In this document: positions 33,357-43,085 of the stretch, one piece after another | Layout of the letters: the number at the start of each line of letters is the position of its first letter | How positions within the stretch are numbered: position 1 is the first letter of the stretch | NCBI GenBank assembly: GCA_029263415.1 | Contig: JAJCXN010000003.1 | Span: forward strand, 3,514 to 67,513 | Length of the DNA: 64,000 nucleotides | Direction: 5' to 3' | From: Acidobacteriota bacterium | Lineage (GTDB): Bacteria; Acidobacteriota; Thermoanaerobaculia; Multivoradales; Multivoraceae | Position numbers and translations under genes: made by a program | The notes under the pieces: generated by a model | Databases searched by the model: none | Seen by the model: the letters and a program-made list of their open reading frames with translations, nothing else | What the model was told of the DNA's origin: nothing

Positions 33357-35471
33357 TCAGAAACTGCCTTCGAACGTGATCGTGTAGATCGTTCCAAAGG
33401 ACCGGACGCGCTCCTCCTGAAACCTGACAATGCCCGCCATTCGATCCTCGAACGCGGTTCGATAGAACTCATTGCGCCGGTCGAGCACGTTCGCAACACT
33501 GGCTCTCACGGTCAGTCCCAGGATGTCCTTGTGTTCGAGGAAGACGGTGGCGAACGCGAAGCTCTCGACGCTGCGGTTGATGGAGTTCAGCCGAAAGTCA
33601 GGCGCCTCTTCCTCATACCTGAGGCCAAAACCCGCGGCCCAGTCACTGTTCGTAAAGTCCTGCCGAAAGTCAGTGTTCAGATCGAACGTCGTGGTACCCG
33701 ACACTTTGCGCCGCACGCCAAGCAGCGGGTCGATCACCTCGGAGTCGCCAAACCCCATCTGAATGTCGAAGCGCCCGCCGCGCCATTTCAAAGGGTCCGT
33801 GAGCAGCGTCAAGTCGGCGGAGAGACCGTAGCGTTCAGCCGAGTCGATATTGCCGGGAGCCTGGCCACCGCCCTCGATGGGAATCTGATCGACGATGTCC
33901 GTAACGTCTTCAGCGAAGGCACTCAGCGTTAAAGAGCCAAAGCCGCCGAGGCTCTGGTTTGCCTCGGCCTCGAGCAGCCAGCTCTGCGGCGGCACAAGGT
34001 TGACGTTGCTGACATCGACCTCGCCTTCGGTCAGGTTCACAGAGGAGACGAAGTCCGAGAAGCCGAGCTGCCCCACCACACGTTCTAGCTTGCTCGAAAC
34101 ATCGAGCTGGTCGCTCACCTGCCAGTCGATTGAAAAGAACCCCTTGGGCCTGACGAAATCTCGCGTCAGACCGCCCCCGCCGGTTTGGCGGATCGTCGAA
34201 GTCTCAACGCCCGCGGAGGCCTGGATCTGGAGCCGGGGGCTCAACGAACGGCCGTAGCTCAAAGTGGTCTCGGCCCGATCTTCCTCAACGCGCGAGGATG
34301 AACCGGGGAACTCCACGGGCCGCAGGATCCCTAAGTCGTCGCGCTCGGCCAGCTCGGACTCGATGTCCAGAACGTTGCGCGCGCCCTCGAGGGAGAGCTG
34401 CCAGTCGCCACCGAGTGCTTGCAAGGTGTACTCGGCACGCAGGATGCTCTCGAACTCGTCTACCTCGCGTCTAAACTCCTCGCCACCTTCGGGTCGCTCG
34501 TCGTCGAACTCGAACTGCGTCGTCTCCAGCGACGGCCCGCCTTCCGAACGATGCAACGCAATGAGCTTCAGCTGGCCCGCGCCAAGGCCGAACTCGTAGT
34601 CAGCACCCAACTCGTATTCGAGCTCTTCTTCGCGCTCGTCGAGGAAACGCACCCGGTTTCCGTCGGCAACACTGGTCTGACGCGACACCTCCCGTCGCTT
34701 CGCGTCTTCGAACTGCACGGCACCCGTGAGGTTGAAGACCCGACCATCCGTGGTCTCGAACGCGTAGGAACCTGAAAGGCCAGGCCGGTCAGTTTCTCGG
34801 TTTAGACGTTCTTCCCTCATGATCAACACGTTGCCCGCTGCATCGAACACGACCTCCGGCCCCTCGTCGTGTCGAAACTCCTGGTCGCTCTCGAAGCCGA
34901 GCGTCCACTCGCTCTGAGCGTCGCCCCCAGAGAGCGAAATCTCGCCGTTGCCCCAACGGAAGGGAGTGCCTCTTGAGCGCCACTGGGGGCTATAGGAGAA
35001 CTGGCCGGTGATCTTTCCAGTGCTCTTGGTCACGACATTGAGCACCTGGCCGGAAAGGCCACCGATTTCCAGGCTCGCTCCGTCGACGATCTCGAGCTTG
35101 ACCACTTCACCAACCGGGATCCGGCCCAGCGCGTCGACCGGCCCATTGGACTTGCCCGAGAGACGGCGGCCGTTGATCAGAACGTTGGTGTCGGCCTGCC
35201 CGAGACCGCGATCCGAACCGCCCTCACGAACTGAGAAACCAGGGATTTGCTGCACCATGTCGAGAGCAGTCCGCGGCGCGAACCGCTCGAAGTCACTCAC
35301 TGTGAACGTGCGGCGCACCGTGCTTTGCTCAAGGTCGTCTTCTGGGGCGCGTGTAGACGGCCCCTTCGCGCCGCTAGCCACGACCAGGTCGGCACCGAAG
35401 ATCAGCATGCTCAGAATGGGTATCAAGCGCGCAAGGAAAGCGAGCGGGCCGCGAATATGAGGTGGGTTCAT
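33357..35471 (-). CDS. TonB-dependent outer-membrane receptor.
   Basis: Signal peptide. Plug-domain motifs (…DFERFAPRTALDMVQQIPGFSVREGG…VLINGRRL). About 700 aa. C-terminal aromatic terminus ...TITFEGSF typical of TBDR beta-barrels. Confidence 0.85.
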   Translation of the reverse strand: MNPPHIRGPLAFLARLIPILSMLIFGADLVVASGAKGPSTRAPEDDLEQSTVRRTFTVSDFERFAPRTALDMVQQIPGFSVREGGSDRGLGQADTNVLINGRRLSGKSNGPVDALGRIPVGEVVKLEIVDGASLEIGGLSGQVLNVVTKSTGKITGQFSYSPQWRSRGTPFRWGNGEISLSGGDAQSEWTLGFESDQEFRHDEGPEVVFDAAGNVLIMREERLNRETDRPGLSGSYAFETTDGRVFNLTGAVQFEDAKRREVSRQTSVADGNRVRFLDEREEELEYELGADYEFGLGAGQLKLIALHRSEGGPSLETTQFEFDDERPEGGEEFRREVDEFESILRAEYTLQALGGDWQLSLEGARNVLDIESELAERDDLGILRPVEFPGSSSRVEEDRAETTLSYGRSLSPRLQIQASAGVETSTIRQTGGGGLTRDFVRPKGFFSIDWQVSDQLDVSSKLERVVGQLGFSDFVSSVNLTEGEVDVSNVNLVPPQSWLLEAEANQSLGGFGSLTLSAFAEDVTDIVDQIPIEGGGQAPGNIDSAERYGLSADLTLLTDPLKWRGGRFDIQMGFGDSEVIDPLLGVRRKVSGTTTFDLNTDFRQDFTNSDWAAGFGLRYEEEAPDFRLNSINRSVESFAFATVFLEHKDILGLTVRASVANVLDRRNEFYRTAFEDRMAGIVRFQEERVRSFGTIYTITFEGSF

Positions 35472-35547
35472 GTGTGACCGTTTTTAGAGATGAGTGGCGA
35501 GCCGCAGACTGGCAGCAGGATAGCTATCGAGTTGACCCTCGCGCGAA

Positions 35548-35600
35548 GCTTCGTGTTTCAGCTTCGTGCTTCGGCTATGTGCTTCGGCTATGTGCTTCGC
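35548..35600. repeat. Short imperfect tandem repeat (GCTTCGGCTATGT-like units).
   Basis: Direct reading of 35557-35596. Confidence 0.5.
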
Positions 35601-35876
35601 ACCAGCGGCTCATCTTCTAGCATGCCGCGGGCAACCGGGCCATAGCGCGCTAACTCTGTAGGAATGAGGCGAGGTCAGTGATCGACCTCGCGATCTCGCG
35701 GACGTGCGCTCGAGAGTTAGCCGCAGAGCTGGAACCCTAGGCTACTGTTGGACATGGTGTGCCGGTCTTTCCAGGGTTGACTCCGTTAGTCAACTTCAAG
35801 ATATGCAGCATGCGCACCCAACTTTCATCCACACCAATGACTGGACTAGGTAGTCCCTCCAAGGAGTCGCGCTACA

Positions 35877-36421
35877 TGTCGACAACCAGATCCGCCCTCG
35901 GGGCCACTCTCCTCATCTCGCTCGCAAGCGCGACGGCCTTCTCCCAGGAGGCCTTTCATGCAGGTCCGCTCATTCCCGACTACGGACGGATTGCGACGAT
36001 CGACAGTGACCTGGAAATCCCAAGCGACCTGATCCTGCAACTTGCCTTCGACGTCAGCACCGGCAGCGGTGGCAGCCTCAACCGGAGCCTCGACAGTGTG
36101 GCGCGCTTTCTCAACATGCACGTAGAAGCAGGTGTCAGTCCAGAGCGCCTGCAGCCGGTGGTGGTCATCCACGGTAGCGCGGCATTCGACGCCCTGAAGG
36201 CCACGCGCTACGACGCCCAGTACTCGGGGGAGACCAACCCCAACGCCGGGCTGATCGCAGCACTGCTCGCCAACGGCGTCAAGATCTACCTCTGCGGCCA
36301 GAGCGCGGCGGCACGAGGGATCGATAAATCCGATCTACTTCCTGGCGTGAAGTTGGCGCTCTCCGCCATGACTGTGCACGCCATGCTCCAGCAGCAGGGG
36401 TATTCGCTGAATCCTTTCTGA
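35877..36421 (+). CDS. Secreted DsrE/DsrF-like (YchN-like) family protein.
   Basis: ATG at 35877 after AAGGAG. Signal peptide MSTTRSALGATLLISLASATAFSQ. Conserved-Cys context IYLCGQSAAARGI and the VVIHGSAAF block resemble the DsrE/DsrF fold family. Moderate confidence only. Confidence 0.45.
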
Positions 36422-36519
36422 TCAGGTCCTAGACTCGGCGGCTTGCTTCGAACTAGAAATCATCGTTAGGCCAGCAACTGAAAAGACACAGTTGTACGAC
36501 CTAATAGCCGACCCGGATA

Positions 36520-36637
36520 AGCAGACCCGAGGCAGAAGAGGCAGAACGAATCAGAACAAGGAAGCAAGACCAAACCTGCCTCTGCTGGGCTGGCTCGATC
36601 TCAACCTCTTCCGGGGGCATTCTTGAGCAACGCGGCC
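36520..36637 (+). repeat. Dispersed intergenic repeat, copy E (diverged core CAGAACGAATCAGAACAAGGAAGCAAGACCAAACCTGCCTCTG + conserved 3' extension), preceded by a GAGGCAGAA-like tandem.
   Basis: About 95 nt align with copy C. Lies directly upstream of the 5'-truncated Fic gene. Confidence 0.7.
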
Positions 36638-36706
36638 CGAGGGAGCGCGAACACAGACCATCGAAACCGCCCTTTCGACGAGGGTAGGAAGGCGAAAACG
36701 TAGTAA

Positions 36707-37712
36707 ACAAGGGGAAGACCGTGGTATTTCGCCTCATCAAACACCACGTTTCTCGAAGGTCCCTCCTCATTCGAGCCAGCGCATGCCATCCTCCAACCAC
36801 ATTTCCTGGACCATCTCACCTTCTCCGCCGAAAGTGTCGCCTCTTTGGTGAAGCTCGGTGAGTTCAAGGGGCAGCAGGAACTCTTTCGCCGGCAGCGCCC
36901 CGAGATCCTGACTGCACTCCGGACTCGCGCATCGATCGAGTCAACCGAGTCATCTAACCGCATCGAAGGCATCGTCAACTCGCGCAAGAGAGTTGAGCTG
37001 ATCGTTGAACGGAAGGCGGAGCCCGAGACCCGCTCCGGGCAAGAACTCGCGGGCTATCGCGACGCCCTTCAACTCATCCGCAAATCGGCTCTCGACATGC
37101 CTTTTCGTGAATCCGTCTTGCTCCAGCTCCACAAGATTCCCTTCCGCTATCAGCCAGCACGTGGAGGTCGTTGGAGGCCCACCGACAACTCCATCGTGGA
37201 GCTCGACGCTACCGGCAGGATCCCCAAGTTGAGATTCGATCCTACGCCTGCGATCGCAACATCTCAGGCGATGAATGACCTCACAACCGGGTTCACAGAA
37301 GCCCTAGCCCGCGGCCCCCTACGATCCGATGGTGCTGATTCCGCTGGCGGTGCTGGACCTCTCCTGCATCCACCCCTTCGCCGATGGCAACGGTCGCATC
37401 AGTCTCCTAGCAACCCTCCACCTGCTCTATCTCAGTGGATACGACGTTGGCCGACTCATCAGTCTGGAGCGCCTGACTGAGAACACAAAGGTGGGCTACT
37501 ACCGCGCTCTGCAGCGCAGTTCGCTGGGTTGGCACGAAGACCAGCATGATCCTCTGCCTTGGCTGCAGTATTTATGGGGCATCCTGCTGGCGGCTTGTCG
37601 TGAGTTCGAAGAACGGGTGGGCGAGATCGCAGGTGGACCGGGAGCCAAGTCGCGGCAGGTTCGCGCCGCGGCCCGACGTCGCCTTGCACCGTTCTCGATC
37701 TCAGAGCTCTAA
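36707..37712 (+). pseudogene. Fic/Doc-family protein gene (HPFADGNGR), apparently 5'-truncated (no in-frame start before TTG 36845) and carrying a frameshift in a C5 run near 37313-37320.
   Basis: Frame 1 reads ...ILQPHFLDHLTFSAESVASLVKLGEFKGQQELF...TEALARGP. Frame 2 continues DPMVLIPLAVLDLSCIHPFADGNGRISLLATLHLLYLSGYDVGRLISLE..., which contains the Fic motif HPFxDGNGR. Removing one C at GGCCCCCTAC restores a continuous Fic ORF. Confidence 0.6.
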
Positions 37713-37865
37713 CTCGACTGTCCGGGCGTTAGTCGGGAGACCGTGCGTGGAGTGCTCCAAGCCATGCGGGATGAAGGAGATCTAGAGCTGAAGGGTAAGG
37801 GTAGAGGATCCCGGTGGGTGGTCGTGCGCTGAAACACGCGGTGGGTTGTTGATGACAGATGAGTT

Positions 37866-37900
37866 GACGAATCGGAAGAAGGAAGCGCGCTCCCTATTCC
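37866..37900 (+). repeat. Dispersed repeat, copy F (partial core TTGACGAATCGGAAGAAGGAAGC...).
   Basis: 18/20 match to the core. Same orientation. Immediately downstream of the Fic pseudogene. Confidence 0.5.
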
Positions 37901-37923
37901 CTTCCCTGACTTCCGGGACGCCA

Positions 37924-38910
37924 CTACGGATATGGGCAGATCCACTTGCCGATTGGTTCAGCAACAGCCATTTGTTTGCGCGTCTCGGGGCACATCGCGA
38001 TGTCGGTGGACGAGCACACGCCGAACTTTGCGCATGGCTGGAGGTGTTGATACATCAGACCTTCCTTGCTCTTTGAGGGATCATTTACCACCCCACATTT
38101 CTTGCTGTTCGGCCGGTCGCGTGCACCGAGATTGTGGAGCACCTCATGCTCGGTAGCGAACATGGTTTCTAGGCACGACGCGCTCACGGCAGAGACTCCG
38201 CAGTACCGGCAGCCGGCGCCGATCTGCGCGAGCCCGGCGCCCTTGCACAGTCCATCCTTGCGATCGACGAAGCCAACCAGAAACCGGTCGCTGCCCCGAA
38301 GCTCCTGAATGAAACGTAAGACGGCCAGCACACAGCCATAGCTCTTGATCTTCCCAAGCGTCAGCTTAGCGATCCGAGTGCCCGCCACGAGGTTGACACC
38401 GACTCCCAAAGAATCGACGTTTGCTATGTGGTGCGCCACCGCCTTTTCATCGGGCATCGTTGCGGAGCTCGCGGCGGCGCTGTCCCATGTCACCCAATCC
38501 ACAGTGACTGACGACGGAGGTTTAACACCGCTTGGTTTGGCTCCCGACAGGCCGCAACCACACACAGCCTCGCCCACAACGGTAGGCTTGACCATGACCT
38601 GCTTCCCACTAATGGTTGCACAGGCGCTCGTTTTGCCTCCGCAGACGAAGCTCCGCTTCAAAGCGGTACCCCCATTTACCGTGATCTCGATAAGCTGGCG
38701 GTCGTCGTCTCCCTTCAGATCTCGACTGCTGACAGTGACACTGACGACTAGGCGCTCCTCGGCCGCAACGCTGAGGAGTTCGAGGTCAAAGCTCTCCTCC
38801 TCCGGGGTGCCCGCTGGCAGATCGAGAACCTCGATTCCGCCTGAAGAACAGGCCAGCAGGGCCAGTAGGGCCACGCAAGCTCCAAGGCGAGACCTGCTCC
38901 ATCGGCTCAT
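37924..38910 (-). CDS. Cys-rich lipoprotein with a metzincin-like HExxHxxGxxD motif (putative zinc metalloprotease; Asp as third ligand, as in snapalysin-type enzymes).
   Basis: Lipobox ...LLALLACSSGG. 20+ cysteines. ATEHEVLHNLGARD near the C-terminus. Start chosen at MSRWSRSRLGA (38910). Confidence 0.5.
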   Translation of the reverse strand: MSRWSRSRLGACVALLALLACSSGGIEVLDLPAGTPEEESFDLELLSVAAEERLVVSVTVSSRDLKGDDDRQLIEITVNGGTALKRSFVCGGKTSACATISGKQVMVKPTVVGEAVCGCGLSGAKPSGVKPPSSVTVDWVTWDSAAASSATMPDEKAVAHHIANVDSLGVGVNLVAGTRIAKLTLGKIKSYGCVLAVLRFIQELRGSDRFLVGFVDRKDGLCKGAGLAQIGAGCRYCGVSAVSASCLETMFATEHEVLHNLGARDRPNSKKCGVVNDPSKSKEGLMYQHLQPCAKFGVCSSTDIAMCPETRKQMAVAEPIGKWICPYP

Positions 38911-39935
38911 TTGCAGGAGATGGCCCACAGATCCTTGACGGCACTGGCCTTCGCCAGTCCCCTTGGCGGATTGCAGTTCGAGGTCCCCGTACCTGTTCCA
39001 GTCCCCATCTTCTTGGGTAGTTTAGGCCTAGGAGCGAGATCTCTTAGGGTCTTGCCGTTCCTCTTCATTTCCTTTTGCAGAGTTTTGGCCTTGTTGTTCT
39101 CGAAGAGCGCCAGGCTCCACAACACGTCCTCGTCGGTCCCGACCGCTCTGCTCACATTCCACTCCAGCGGGTTGTCGTAGCAGAGGTTTGCCAAGGTCAC
39201 CTCCAATTGGCCGTTCCTCTTCAACTTACCCAACGAGAGGATTCTGGCCTTCTTCTTTTGGTCCAGGTCTTCCACGACGATCTCCACCTTCTTGACCCCG
39301 GGCACTTCCCATATGAACGCTTCGGTTATGGGCTTGGTGGCACCAACTTTCTCGTTTGTGCTGTGTAGTTCCCACCGCAGGTTGTTGCCAGGCTCCTCGC
39401 AGGAGAACCGTCCGTACTTACCGAGCAGCACCTGCGCAATGACGGTGGGGGGTGGGACTTTCTCAAGGTTGTCGCTCTCTACGTAACGGCCCACGATCGC
39501 CGACAGATCAAGGGCGTTGCCAACACTCTCTTCTGCCCCCCAATCAACGAGGTTACTGTAGTCGTAGCTGCCCCATTTTGAGGTGTGTTTGAGTCCGTCT
39601 TTAGCATCGCGCTGGATTGACCACGGTGGCCTCTGCTCACCCTTGAACCTAAATCGGAACGTCAGTCGTTGCCGGTTCAGATAGGCCATATGTTTCACGA
39701 ACGCATCACTATAGGCGGGCTCCGGCCCTTTCGACGGCCAACGCAGGAACCCTAGATGCGGGCAATCGGACGAGTCTCTGCCAAGCACATCCTGCTCGAT
39801 AGGGTCGGGAGGCGCTTCCTTGATCGGCAGTAGGGCGGCAAGGTTGGGCAACACCACTGCCACAGGACCGTCTTTCTCCCAATCATCGGAGACCGCCAAC
39901 GAAACCCCTGTAATTCTCAAACGGAACGTGCCCAT
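38907..39935 (-). CDS. Hypothetical cytoplasmic protein (342 aa), visibly lower G+C, with a GT-repeat (GTGTGTGT) near the C-terminus. Overlaps the downstream lipoprotein gene by 4 nt (operon).
   Basis: Uninterrupted ORF with no signal peptide and no known motif. AT-richer composition than its neighbours. Confidence 0.5.
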   Translation of the reverse strand: MGTFRLRITGVSLAVSDDWEKDGPVAVVLPNLAALLPIKEAPPDPIEQDVLGRDSSDCPHLGFLRWPSKGPEPAYSDAFVKHMAYLNRQRLTFRFRFKGEQRPPWSIQRDAKDGLKHTSKWGSYDYSNLVDWGAEESVGNALDLSAIVGRYVESDNLEKVPPPTVIAQVLLGKYGRFSCEEPGNNLRWELHSTNEKVGATKPITEAFIWEVPGVKKVEIVVEDLDQKKKARILSLGKLKRNGQLEVTLANLCYDNPLEWNVSRAVGTDEDVLWSLALFENNKAKTLQKEMKRNGKTLRDLAPRPKLPKKMGTGTGTGTSNCNPPRGLAKASAVKDLWAISCK

Positions 39936-40033
39936 GATGACTCCTCTGCTTCGATTGTTGTTCGTAGCTACTAGCGTTTGAGCTGCCTTCGCGCTCGGGG
40001 CACTCCACAGGCCCTTTCCTTCACTGAGCAGTC

Positions 40034-42880
40034 CTACCCCGATACCTGTAGCGCAGACCAGCCCGACACAGGCGCTCCGATCTTCACAGAATCTCGCACT
40101 ACTAGACGGACAGCTTCCTCAGGTTCCACGCCTCCTAGCAATTCTCTGTGAAGTCTCTCCTGCAGCTCCACGGTTTCTGAGTCGTCGATGGGCCAGAGAA
40201 AGCCGACGACTCGCGCTGCCCCCGAAGAAAGGAAGCGCCGGGCCAGCCCGGTGACCAGCCGCCCCCTATTGGGCGCTGCCACCGCCGAGCTACACACGGA
40301 CAAAGAGACCAGCTCCAGATGCCGGATGGGTCCCAAGTCGTCGACCTTGAGTCCAACATCCGCCAGTACCAGAGACTCCACCCAAGGCACGTCTCGATCC
40401 GGACGGCTGTGCATAGCGAAGTGGATCCAGTTCACGGTCGGCACTAGAGCCTTGATGCGGGGTGCACTCGCCAACTCGCCGGTGACGAGGGTGGCTCGTG
40501 CACCATAGAGTTCCTGCAGAGTCGACGATTCACGCTCGACTTCCCGCAACGGCGGCAACAACCCCAACGGGTCGATCGCATTGGCGACGATACCGATGTT
40601 CGCGCCTTCCGTCTTGGGGAAGTTCAGGGTGCTCTTCCTTGTGCCAAACGGTGCCACCAGCACCGAGTGCGTCGCACCCAGGAACTGGTTCGACTGGTCG
40701 TCGACCAACGCCAGGAACGGAAGGTTGCCCAACCAGCGATCCGGCACCAGAACCAGTCGATCATGCTCCGACAACTGCAACGGTCGGATCAGCGAATCGT
40801 AGAGAGTGGAACTCGCGGAACGGATCTCGGCCCAAGCATCGCCGCGGGCCAGCGCCGCCGCGAACGAATGAGCGAGCGACGCCAGCGCAGGCGCGTCCTG
40901 TCGATGGGCCATGAGGGCCGGAAGGCCGGCGCCGTCCCTCACCAGGATGGTCAGCGTGGACCCGGTAACCAAGTAGTGGGCGACGACCGTCTTCGGGCCG
41001 GCCCTAGAACGAGTGGTACCGCGTTGCGTAGGGTTGTCCTCCAGAGCCCAAGCGCGTTCGAGTGCACTCAGCGCCTCTGAGTAACGGCCCGACTCGATCA
41101 GCAATTGGATGAGGTGGTCGACCGACGACTGCGCATTCTCAAGATACTCCAACCGAAACTGATTGGGACCGATCCGTGCCAGGATGCGCTCGTTGTGCTC
41201 AAGGGCCTGCCACAACAACGTGAGGCCAGCGGCAACTTCGCCGTGTGCCGCGGTCGCACGGCCGACTGCCTCGAGGGCCTTGCCTTCCCAGACCAAATCA
41301 TTCTGCTCGCGCACTCGCGCCAGCGCTCGTCGGGCGACGCTGAGTGTTCCGTCTCCCGCGGCAACGCCGATTTCGGCGTGCTGCAGGCTAGACAGCATCC
41401 TGGCTCTCTCGACGACGGTTCCGGCATGCTCTTGCGACTCGCGCTCCACTGCTTCGCGGGCGCGCTGGTTGTGACGTACCGCGCGGGAGAGGTCGCCCGC
41501 TTCGAGCGAGATTCGAGCCTGCGCAAAGTCTTGCTCGAAGCCGTAGATCCAACCGTCGAGCGCTTCACCAACCCGCGCCCGCTCGTGTTGGAAGACGGCG
41601 GCCAGGCCCGTGCAATCGCCGCACGCGGTCGCGGCGTCGCCGAGCAGGGCATGAAAGAAGTGCGATGGGCCCAAGCCAGCAAATGCGTGCAAGGCCTCGA
41701 TGCGCCGCTCCCACGCGACTGGCCCTTCGGCGAGGTGTCCCAACAGCTCGGCTTGCAGATACAGACTGTTGGCCACCTGCAGGGGGTCTTCCGCAGCGCG
41801 GAACTGACGTTCGGCCTCACGGAACGCCCGCAGTGCTCCTGGGTAGTCACCCGCACGACCGAGCGAGAGTCCTGCTCTCCACACCACCATCCCAAGTTGT
41901 GCGGGTTCAACCACGGCCGCGGCGCACGGCTCGAACACCAAGGCTTCGGCCGAATCCTGCAAACTCATCTGCGCAAGATCTCGATAGGTGCAGACCCAAG
42001 AAGCCAGCAGCGACGGGGTCGGTTTGGGACTGTCGAACATCGCGTCCCAGACCACCAACGCCTCGCCGTACCTACCGTCCCGATACGCTCGATAGGCGCT
42101 GGAGAACTGACGCCAGGAGGACTCCTCAACACTCTCGATCAGTACACGCCACCGGCGCGACCAGGAGCTGCCGACTTCCGCCTCCAGAATCTGCGATGCG
42201 CGAGCGAGATCCCCTTCGAATACCAGACGCCGCACTGCTGACTCGCTCCCCAGATCGTTACCATTCGGGGAGCGCTCTTGTGCGATCTGCTGCGATACCT
42301 GAAGGCCCAGTCGTCGGGCGAGCGCCATCAACCCCGGGGCCGCCGCCGGTGATAGTTCCGACAAACTGGCCTGGGCTGCGTGCCATAGACCTAGCTCCGC
42401 GAGCGCTAGCGCGCGATTGACCAACTGCTCCGCGGCGGCCTTCTCGAGGGGATCGAACAGCAGACAAAGAGCACGCACAAGATCAGTGACCTGTCCGTTC
42501 TCCTGCCAACGTATCAACAGCGCGACGGCCAGATTGTTGCGGTCCCGCGCAGAGCCAGCTCGATGAAGAGCGCGTTCGAGAATCCCCACCCCCGGATCCG
42601 GGCGACCCATGGCGACTGCGATCAGGGCCGTATCGGACGACCCGTTACCCATAGTCGTAAGTCGGCCGACACCTCCTGCACACAGGAACTTCGGCGCGGG
42701 CGCGCAGGGGCCGGAGTCGAATGTCGCGGCTGTCGGCACCAAGCTATGAGCCCAGTCAACAGTCCGTGAATCGGGAGCGCAGGAGGCAACGGTCAGTGCA
42801 CACAACACCACCCAAGCACCACGTGCACACCCTAACCCTGTCAGTCCGTCGCAGGCATTCGTGGAAGCGGTGGAAGACAA
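40034..42880 (-). CDS. TPR-CHAT protein (N-terminal TPR/tetratricopeptide-like repeats + C-terminal CHAT caspase-like domain), probable lipoprotein.
   Basis: N-terminus MSSTASTNACDGLTGLGCARGAWVVLCALTVASC has a lipobox-like Cys. C-terminal ...NWIHFAMHSRPD...(~40 aa)...LVSLSVCSSA gives the His/Cys dyad. Multiple Ala/Leu-rich TPR-like helices. Confidence 0.75.
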   Translation of the reverse strand: MSSTASTNACDGLTGLGCARGAWVVLCALTVASCAPDSRTVDWAHSLVPTAATFDSGPCAPAPKFLCAGGVGRLTTMGNGSSDTALIAVAMGRPDPGVGILERALHRAGSARDRNNLAVALLIRWQENGQVTDLVRALCLLFDPLEKAAAEQLVNRALALAELGLWHAAQASLSELSPAAAPGLMALARRLGLQVSQQIAQERSPNGNDLGSESAVRRLVFEGDLARASQILEAEVGSSWSRRWRVLIESVEESSWRQFSSAYRAYRDGRYGEALVVWDAMFDSPKPTPSLLASWVCTYRDLAQMSLQDSAEALVFEPCAAAVVEPAQLGMVVWRAGLSLGRAGDYPGALRAFREAERQFRAAEDPLQVANSLYLQAELLGHLAEGPVAWERRIEALHAFAGLGPSHFFHALLGDAATACGDCTGLAAVFQHERARVGEALDGWIYGFEQDFAQARISLEAGDLSRAVRHNQRAREAVERESQEHAGTVVERARMLSSLQHAEIGVAAGDGTLSVARRALARVREQNDLVWEGKALEAVGRATAAHGEVAAGLTLLWQALEHNERILARIGPNQFRLEYLENAQSSVDHLIQLLIESGRYSEALSALERAWALEDNPTQRGTTRSRAGPKTVVAHYLVTGSTLTILVRDGAGLPALMAHRQDAPALASLAHSFAAALARGDAWAEIRSASSTLYDSLIRPLQLSEHDRLVLVPDRWLGNLPFLALVDDQSNQFLGATHSVLVAPFGTRKSTLNFPKTEGANIGIVANAIDPLGLLPPLREVERESSTLQELYGARATLVTGELASAPRIKALVPTVNWIHFAMHSRPDRDVPWVESLVLADVGLKVDDLGPIRHLELVSLSVCSSAVAAPNRGRLVTGLARRFLSSGAARVVGFLWPIDDSETVELQERLHRELLGGVEPEEAVRLVVRDSVKIGAPVSGWSALQVSG

Positions 42881-43065
42881 ACCAAGTCACCAAATCTAGT
42901 TTAGGGTACAGCTCGTGCCCATCTCGATTGAACGCCCGCCACAGATACCTTCACTCGCGCTGCACCAACGATTGTACAGCCCCATGGTGCAGCACGTCGA
43001 CCTAACAAACGATGGTGGCGAACGACACCTTCTCGATCAACCGATCCACCGCGATCACGCCGGGG

Positions 43066-43085
43066 CTAACTAACTAACTAACTAG
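43066..43085. repeat. (CTAA)5 microsatellite.
   Basis: Direct reading. Confidence 0.8.

Noticed and set aside
36601-36987. 128-aa minus-strand ORF across repeat copy E and the Fic 5' region.
   Set aside because: Antisense to the Fic N-terminal coding frame. It spans a repeat element, so it is unlikely to be a conserved gene.
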